DNA of 64,000 bases from Eledone cirrhosa (Eukaryota): assembly GCA_964016885.1 (NCBI GenBank), contig OZ024756.1:34286001-34350000 (forward strand). The letters are read 5' to 3'. Shown piece by piece: positions 54,821 through 64,000 of the stretch. The position numbers and the translations under genes were made by a program. The notes beneath the pieces were generated by a model that was given only the letters and a program-made list of their open reading frames with translations, was not told the origin of the DNA and made no database searches. How positions within the stretch are numbered: the stretch's first letter is position 1; every line of letters begins with the position of its first letter.

Positions 54821-55020
54821 TAACGAAGGAAATGTGGTAAGGAACCAGGTGGACCATAACGCACCAAAGTACTCAATACTTGAGGTAGTAGAGTGGGTAA
54901 TAGGAACCAGTAAGACCCCGACAGCTGAGCTCAAGCCGTTTCGACGGCTAATTCTGGACTAGCCGTCCAGAATTAGCCGTCGAAACGGCTTGAGCTCAGC
55001 TGTCGGGGGTCTTACTGGTT

Positions 55021-55024
<4 letters not shown>
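54821..55024. mobile_element. Family A fold-back element in (TA)n
   Basis: As above. It retains the full helix II GACGGCTA/TAGCCGTC at 54943-54967. Confidence 0.9.
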
Positions 55025-55108
<84 letters not shown>

Positions 55109-55198
55109 TATATATACGTGTATATATATATATATAAATAGAGAGAGGGGGAGGGTCAGAGAGAGAGAGAGGGGAGGGTCAGAGAGAGAGAGGGAGAG

Positions 55199-55235
<37 letters not shown>

Positions 55236-55677
55236 CACACACACACATAGTTCCCTTCAATCAAAATCTTCCTCATTTCTAAATGTCTCCCCCCCCCCAC
55301 CCACCCACCGACACTCACTTCGATATCATGCACAAATGTTCCCCCCCCCCCCCCTCTATGTTTGTCTCTTTCACTTTCCCTATCATTCGGTCATACTCTA
55401 TGCCTCTTATTTTATCACGGTACTTCTCTAATTTTCCCTTCCCATTTAAGGGCTCCGTCTTTTTCTTCTTACCTCACATCCCAGTGAGTTGCTGGAAAGG
55501 ATAAAGGGAGAAAGCCCTTGAAAAGGCCACATTCGTGTGGTGAATAACAAAATCTTCGATAAATCAATTAATTATTATTCAATCTATTAATTAATTAAGA
55601 ATAATGAAGTGAACTATAATTAGTGCGTGTGTTTTATAGGTGGAATAGCTCTCCCATAGTACAATTAAGTGTATATG

Positions 55678-55711
<34 letters not shown>

Positions 55712-55730
55712 GGTGCGTGTTCGTGTGTGT

Positions 55731-55782
<52 letters not shown>

Positions 55783-55895
55783 GGGTGGGTGGGTATATGT
55801 ATGCATGTATATATATCACGCATACATATTTTTACATACTCACATATATGTGTGTGTGTATGTATGTTATGTATGCATATATACGAGTGCATACG

Positions 55896-55926
<31 letters not shown>

Positions 55927-55940
55927 TTGTATATATATAT

Positions 55941-56016
<76 letters not shown>

Positions 56017-56051
56017 TCATATATATATACATTCATATATATGTGTGTATG

Positions 56052-56135
<84 letters not shown>

Positions 56136-56172
56136 TGTATATATATATATATATATATACATACATACATAT

Positions 56173-56241
<69 letters not shown>

Positions 56242-56243
56242 CA

Positions 56244-56307
<64 letters not shown>

Positions 56308-56565
56308 AATTCCCATTCAGCATGATATTCTTCCTAATATAGTCATTGAGAAAAATGAAAAGCAGAAGTAAAGCTGCTCGGCTCTGATCTGTATGTACGG
56401 CTATAGGTTGTAACGACATTGTAACAACAACAACAACAGCAGTAATGATAACAGCGCTTGCCTGCACTGGAGTGTGACTGTTATGTAAGTGACATTGACA
56501 GAGACAGAAAGAGACACAGCCAGACAGCCAATCAAACAATCAGACAAACAGACAAACAGACAGAC

Positions 56566-56728
<163 letters not shown>

Positions 56729-56785
56729 AGCGAGATAGAAAGAATGATTAGAGAGAGAGGGTGTGAGAGAGAAAGAGAAAGAGTA

Positions 56786-56838
<53 letters not shown>

Positions 56839-56913
56839 GAGTGAGAGAGAGGAAGATATAGGGATGAAGAGACAGAGTGAAAGTAGAAAACAGATAGAGA
56901 GAGAGGGATAGAT

Positions 56914-56994
<81 letters not shown>

Positions 56995-57228
56995 GATATA
57001 GGGGTGAAGAGACAGAGTGAAAGTAGAAGACAGATAGAGAGAGAGGGATAGATAGACAGAGACTGCGCGAAGGGGAAGACAGAGTACAGAGAGAGGGTGA
57101 AAGAGAGAGGGGGAGAGAGATAGAGAGGGAGGGAAAGAGAAAGAGAGAACGAGAGAGAGGAAGATATAGGGATGAAGAGATAGCGAAAGTGAAAGAGTGA
57201 CAGAGACACTGTGAGTGGGGAGACAGGG

Positions 57229-57263
<35 letters not shown>

Positions 57264-58191
57264 CGAGAGAGAGAGGGGGGAGCCAGAACGAGTGAGAGAG
57301 AGAAAGAGAGAGAGAGGGAGATTAAGAAAGAGAGTGATGGAGAAAAAGAGAGAGTGAGAGAGGAAAATGAAGAGAGACAGAAGGAAAATGAAAGACAGAG
57401 AGATATCGAAGAAGAAGGAAGACATGGGGATAGAGACAGAGAGGGAGGGGTAGAGATAGAGAGGGGTGGGGAGAGGGAGGGAGGGGGAGGGACAGAGCAA
57501 TGATGGGGTTAGTTGAAGGTAGAAGAATAACGTGAAAGGTGTTTAAAGGAGAGAGAGAGGGGGAAGATATATAGCTTAAGAGAGAGAAAGGTAGGAAGAG
57601 AGTGCTAGTGGTGATGATGGCGTTGGTGTTGATGGTGGTGGTGGTGATGATGTTGGCGTTGGTGTTGATGATGGTGGTGGTGTTGATGTCGGTGTTAGTG
57701 ATGATGTTGGCGGCGTTGGTGTTGATGCTGGTGGTGATTGCGTTGGTGGTGGTGTAGGTGTTGATGGTGGTGGTGGTGGTGGTGGTGGTGGTGGTGATGG
57801 CGTTGGTGTTGGTGTTGGTGTTGGTGATGATGTCGGTGTTGGTGGTGATGTTGGCGTTGGTGTTGATGATGGTGGTGGTGTTGATGGTGGTGGTGGTGGT
57901 GGTGGTGGTGGTGGTGGCGTTGGTGTTGGTGTAGGTGTTGGTGGTGGTTGTGGTGATGATGGCGTTGGTGTTGGTGTTGGTGGTGATGTTGACGTTGGTG
58001 TTGATGGTGGTGGTGATGGAGGCGGTGGCGGTGGTGGTGGTGGTGGTGATGGGGGCGGTGGTGGTGGCGGCGGCGGTTTTGATGGTGGTGGTGAAGGTGT
58101 TGTTGATGTTTGTAGTGGTGGTCGTGGTTGTGATATTGGTGATGGTGCTGGCGTTGGTGTTGTTGATGGTATTGGTGTTGGTGATGGTTTT

Positions 58192-58235
<44 letters not shown>

Positions 58236-58489
58236 CATTGACTGTCTATATACACTCTCTATATACACTGATGAAAGGTCAAACTCCGTCTTTAAATATC
58301 ACCATTTTTACATCAGATATTATTTGAAATATATTCTCCATGAAAGAGTCTCTTTCAAGCCGACCAAACACTAACAACACCACCACCGCCATTAACATCG
58401 CCAACACCGACGACACCGACACCGCCACCAATATCACAAACACAAACACCAATATCAACACCAAAATTGCCATCCCCCACCCCCACCCT

Positions 58490-59985
58490 ACAACAACACC
58501 ATCAACAAGACCAACGACATCGACAACACCAACACTACCACCAACACCACCCCCTACAACACCACCATCAACAACACCAACACTACCACCAACACCACCC
58601 CCTACAGCACCACCATCAACAAGACCAACGACATCGACAACACCAACACTACCACCAACACTACCACCAAAACCACCCCCTACAACACCACCATCAACAA
58701 CACCAACACTACCACCAACACCAAAACCACCAACACCACCCCTACAACACCACCATCAACAACACCAACACTACCACCAACACCAAAACCACCAACACCA
58801 CCCCCTACAACACCACCATCAACAACACCAACACTACCACCAACACCAAAACCACCAACACCACCCCTACAACACCACCATCAACAACACCAACACTACC
58901 ACCAACACCAAAACCACCAACACCACCCCCTACAACACCACCATCAACAACACCAACACTACCACCAACACCAAAACCACCAACACCACCCCTACAACAC
59001 CACCATCAACAACACCAACACTACCACCAACACCACCCCCTACAGCACCACCATCAACAAGACCAACGACATCGACAACACCAACACTACCACCAACACT
59101 ACCACCAAAACCACCCCCTACAACACCACCATCAACAACACCAACACTACCACCAACACCAAAACCACCAACACCACCCCTACAACACCACCATCAACAA
59201 CACCAACACTACCACCAACACCAAAACCACCAACACCACCCCCTACAACACCACCATCAACAACACCAACACTACCACCAACACCAAAACCACCAACACC
59301 ACCCCTACAACACCACCATCAACAACACCAACACTACCACCAACACCAAAACCACCAACACCACCCCCTACAACACCACCATCAACAACACCAACACTAC
59401 CACCAACACCAAAACCACCAACACCACCCCTACAGCACCACCATCAACAACACCAACACTACCACCAACACCAAAACCACCAACACCACCCCCTACAACA
59501 CCACCATCAACAACACCAACACTACCACCAACACCAAAACCACCAACACCACCCCTACAGCACCACCATCAACAACACCAACACTACCACCAACACCAAA
59601 ACCACCAACACCACCCCCTACAACACCACCATCAACAACACCAACACTACCACCAACACCAAAACCACCAACACCACCCCTACAGCACCACCATCAACAA
59701 CACCAACACTACCACCAACACCAAAACCACCAACACCACCCCTACAGCACCACCATCAACAACACCAACACTACCACCAACACCAAAACCACCAACACCA
59801 CCCCCTACAACACCACCATCAACAACACCAACACTACCACCAACACCAAAACCACCAACACCACCCCTACAGCACCACCATCAACAACACCAACACTACC
59901 ACCAACACCACCCCTTACAACACCACCATCAACAACACCAACACTACCACCAACACCAAAACCACCAACACCACCCCCTACAATA
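58490..59985. repeat. C/A-rich minisatellite of alternating 62/63-bp units
   Basis: The unit caacaccaccatcaacaacaccaacactaccaccaacaccaaaaccaccaacaccacccc(c)ta repeats about 20 times. Confidence 0.9.
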
Positions 59986-60266
59986 ACAACAAAAACACCA
60001 TCGCCAAAATCACTAACTTCATCAACAATAGCACTACCAAGACACCACCACCACCACCATCACGACCACAACCACCATCAACAATAACACGACCCCTCCC
60101 CCAACTACCACCATACCATTAGCCATTCACTGTTAACCACCACCACCATCAACCAATCACAGCTAAACAGTTCTATGGTACACATCAAATAAGACGAATA
60201 AAGTGTGTATGTATGTATGTATGTATGTATGTATGTATGTATGTATGTATGTATGTATGTATGTAT

Positions 60267-60676
60267 GGGAGAGATGACCCCTTAGCCTTTGTCAAGGCAG
60301 AATTCTAGGAGAAGGAAAACTCTGATATAACACCTGCAACTCTGATGGTATCCAATGATGTTGACTTGTTCTTCTTTTTGGTAAATATCATCTTGGTTAA
60401 GAGAGTAGGACTGGCTTTGTGCAGTGCCTTTGCTCACTATAAAAGGTTCACGGCACAGGCATTGCTTTATATCTGGAGATCTCTCTGCACTTGTCGTCAC
60501 ATGGTACCATGGGCCCAGCACTATGTGTCAATAATTGTCACAGGTGTAGTGTTTGTACCAGAGTTTTCAAGTCGCTGGCTGGACTAAAGTCACACTCGTT
60601 CAGCGCATCGCTAGGGGGTTCTCCTACATGGATATAAAGTAGTGGCCGTACTCGAAAACGAGTTGGCAGCCACCAT
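60267..60676 (+). mobile_element. Non-coding retroposon of about 410 bp with (TATG)n tail; copies at 45588-45890 (-) and about 51230-51537 (+, diverged)
   Basis: High identity with the inverted 45.6 kb copy. All three copies end CGAGTTG(G)CA.CCA.CATGT followed by (ATGT)n or (AT)n. The 5' part has CTAGGAGAAGGAAAACTCTGA, recalled as RTE-5'UTR-like. Confidence 0.75.
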
Positions 60677-60805
60677 GTATGTATGTATGTATGTATGTAT
60701 GTATGTATGTATGTATGTATGCATGTATGTCTGTATGTATGTGTGTATGCATGTGTGTCTGTATGTATGCATGTATGCATATATGTCTGTATGTATACAT
60801 TATGT

Positions 60806-60846
60806 ATGTCCCTGATGAAGGGCTAACGCCCGATACGTTGAGACAT
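60806..60846 (+). ncRNA. Degenerate minimal hammerhead motif (GAAA mutated to GATA)
   Basis: atgtcc-CTGATGA-aGGGCtaacGCCC-GATA-CG-TT-gagacat. Confidence 0.65.
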
Positions 60847-61311
60847 TCTTTTTTTTCTTTTTCCCACAAACATGAAACTAATAAGTCTAAAGTCTGTCTC
60901 AAGCCTGGAGGCTCAACAAGCCGACACTTATCCCGGTTCCGTGGCGTGAAGCGACTGAGAGTACAAGACTTACCCCTGGATAGGACGCCAGTCCATCACA
61001 GGTTTAAACCTCCCAGCTATCGCTGGTAGTCATTTTCAGCTGAGTATACTGAAGCAACGTGAAATGAGGTATTTTTGCTGAAGAACACAACACACCACCC
61101 AGCCCAGGAATCGAACCCACGACATTACGATCGTAAGTTCAACACCATTACCACTAGGCCACGGAACTCCACGAAACCAAGACTTTGTGCAATTGTTTCT
61201 CAGTATTCGTCTTCTTTCTTAATCTTGAACTATGTATGTATGTGTGCAAAGATGGACGTCATTGCTTTTTTGGACCTACATGTTTATGTTTTAACATAAG
61301 TCAATATACAT

Positions 61312-61432
<121 letters not shown>

Positions 61433-61433
61433 A

Positions 61434-61506
<73 letters not shown>

Positions 61507-61744
61507 AACATATATACATACACACATATATATATACACACGTAACCATATATACATATACATATATGTTTGTATGTTGACACGTATGTATATACACTTA
61601 TTAAATACTAAACTTCTGGAATGTTTTAAATATTTTCACATCATCTTTAATGGTTTTTTAATTGATATTTCATAATTAGCCAGGTCCTTTCTGATTTTGT
61701 GAAGCTCAACTTCTCAATATAAGGATGTTACTTACACGTCATAG

Positions 61745-62095
61745 GCTGCGAGTTGGCAGAGTCATTAGAACGTCGGATAGAATGTTTATGCTGTTCGTGC
61801 TGCCTTTATACTCTCTGAGTTCAAATCCTGCCAAGGTCAACTTTGCTTTTTAACCTTTCGAGGTCGATAAAAAAAAGTACTTGTCTAGTACTGAAGGTCG
61901 ATTCTTCCTCTATATCTCTTTCTCATTTACTCTCTCTCTCTCTCTCTCTCTCACTTTCTATCTTTCTCTGGAAGAAATCTTCTGTACTCATACCAGGGAA
62001 TGAGATGGGATCCGTGAGGCTTAAAATGCCCAAGAAACGCTGTATGTAAATATGGCGTCCCTACGACACTATCAGGGGTTACGGGACCATACCAT
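61745..62095 (+). mobile_element. Composite SINE, homologue of 5105-5440
   Basis: TGGCAGAGTCATTAG, then GAGTTCAAATCC, then ccctacgacactatcaggggttacgggaccatac. Confidence 0.7.
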
Positions 62096-62376
62096 AACTA
62101 ACACACAAACACACACAAAAACAAGATGATGTAAGACAGAAAAAAGGAGAGATACAAAATTAAAAAAACCCAGTCATTGAGGAGGTCACAGAATGTGTGA
62201 CAAAAGAGCTTTGCCAATATATAAACAACCATCCTGTTATCCAGCCAACCACCCGGAAATTTGTAATAAATTGAAGTGAAAACCAACTGGTGCGTCTGGG
62301 CAGCATGACCCTCTCAAAATATAACAATATCTGTTTCAACACGTTTTCAGATAAGAAATCTTGACAAATTCAACAA

Positions 62377-62474
<98 letters not shown>

Positions 62475-62705
62475 ATCTCTGGTTCAATCGGGGGTAACCA
62501 CAGTAAGTAAGGTTCTCAATGCATAGCATACTCTATGCTAGAGTATGCTATGTATTGAATACTTTACTTACTGTGGTTACCTCCGATTGAACCCGGGATA
62601 AACATATCTTTTAACAATTTACTGTGCCCCTCATAACCAGGGTTTCCTGCTAATTTCTCCCGAATGAAACAGTTCTAGTCCTGTAGAAGCCATTTCTATA
62701 TTAAA
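62475..62705. mobile_element. Family C: inverted tail pair plus degenerate hammerhead (62641-62691, +)
   Basis: ggtaaccacagtaagtaa and ttacttactgtggttacc are inverted. GGTTTC-CTGCTAA..GAAACAG..CTGTA-GAAGCC. A tail-only copy is at about 2869-2925. Confidence 0.75.
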
Positions 62706-62823
62706 TATATATATATATATTTGGAAGAGATGTCAACATGAATGGACCTGTTATTTTTATCTAAAGATATTTTTTCTAATTCCATCCCGCCCGTCCCCTC
62801 AATCTATTTTATTTCTTATTCTT

Positions 62824-62859
62824 TCTTCTGATGAAGGACTAGTGTCCGAAACGTTAAGA
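62824..62859 (+). ncRNA. Minimal type I hammerhead motif (family J), intact core
   Basis: TCTT-CTGATGA-aGGACtagtGTCC-GAAA-CG-TT-AAGA. Helix III is the palindrome AACGTT. Confidence 0.8.
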
Positions 62860-62946
62860 CCCTCTTCCTGCTATATCAAGCGTTAACCTAATATATACCA
62901 TCCATATACTGTACCGATTATGTTGTTATTTCTGTTTCCCTTTTAC

Positions 62947-63019
<73 letters not shown>

Positions 63020-63218
63020 GTTATGTAATAAACAACATAAGATAATTATTTCATTTACCAGTGTTAACCTACATAGAGCACTCTTTTTTCCTGGACCTTT
63101 CCGACGGAATTACTTCATTTATATATCGGCAACCGCTCTGTATAATCAGTTCCTGATTATTACTAGAATTCTATAAGAATCAATCATTCATGATTTTCAG
63201 CAACCAGGTGGAGTACTT

Positions 63219-63263
63219 AGCTATTATAAGTACCAAAAAGTACGAAACAGAGCTCTGTCAGCT
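63219..63263 (+). ncRNA. Decayed hammerhead motif (5' core destroyed)
   Basis: agct-attataa-GTACcaaaaaGTAC-GAAA-CAGagctCTG-TC-agct, inside a (TA)n-flanked insert at 63017-63365. Confidence 0.55.
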
Positions 63264-63372
63264 TTATCTCCCCCTATTTGCTGAAAATTTAAAGTAAATG
63301 AGACTGTCACTACTCTAAAACAATAGCGTAAGGTCTTCGAAATACAGTGTATTGCAAAATACACTATATATA

Positions 63373-63489
<117 letters not shown>

Positions 63490-63614
63490 ATGATATTAAA
63501 AATTTTGGTACGCCCTCATCAGATAAAATACAAAATTTGTTTTATAAATGGTAACATATCCAAGAAACCAGACCTTATCGGTTCAGGTTCAGTTTGGATA
63601 TATATGTATATATG

Positions 63615-63804
<190 letters not shown>

Positions 63805-63844
63805 AAGTGTTAAAACGATCAAATTTTAGTTTAGAACATTTATT

Positions 63845-63890
63845 AGCTGACAATTGTTTCTTCCAGAGGGAAGTCTGGAATCATCGGAGC
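63845..63890 (-). ncRNA. Hammerhead motif with U4C change
   Basis: The minus strand reads gct-CCGATGA-TTCCAGActtcccTCTGGAA-GAAA-CAATTG-TC-agc. It lies about 45 nt from a (TA)n tract. Confidence 0.7.
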
Positions 63891-64000
63891 ATAAGGAATG
63901 TCGAAAACGTGTGACTAGAATCCTAGTCATTTAGAACATTTAAGGTACATAATTGTTATTAGTGTCAAAGGCATCATGTGGAGAGCCAGGAGTTAAAGAG

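Noticed and set aside
58265-58310. CTGATGA near a TA tract as another hammerhead
   Set aside because: TAAA in place of GAAA, and no convincing helix I or III.
58340-60122. 548/551-aa mucin- or extensin-like ORFs
   Set aside because: 62/63-bp units shift the frame repeatedly, and no unique domains or supported splice sites are present.

Overview
Eukaryotic, very AT-rich and microsatellite-rich DNA. The repeat landscape (tRNA-headed SINEs, RTE and CR1 LINE tails, huge (TA)n/(CA)n tracts) looks like an octopod cephalopod; this is an inference. The only host gene I can support is a G-protein alpha-s subunit (GNAS-like) on the minus strand. Its first three coding exons are at 21796-21667, 18829-18754 and 16554-16500, and the rest lies left of the window. 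Almost all ORF-track entries are microsatellite translations. The most striking structure is a dense population of short (about 100-350 bp) non-coding elements that sit in (TA)n tracts and belong to roughly ten unrelated sequence families. They share three properties: (i) type I hammerhead ribozyme motifs, many with palindromic helix III and several with an unusual U-U at the base of helix II; (ii) fold-back (inverted) duplications centred on the ribozyme's own helices; (iii) a common ACTC...TTGAGT(A/G)CT stem-loop about 30-75 nt from the (TA)n junction. A decayed Penelope-like reverse transcriptase fragment abutting a (TA)n tract (8560-9251) is a candidate autonomous partner. All folds were done by eye. 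Nothing was searched or assayed.
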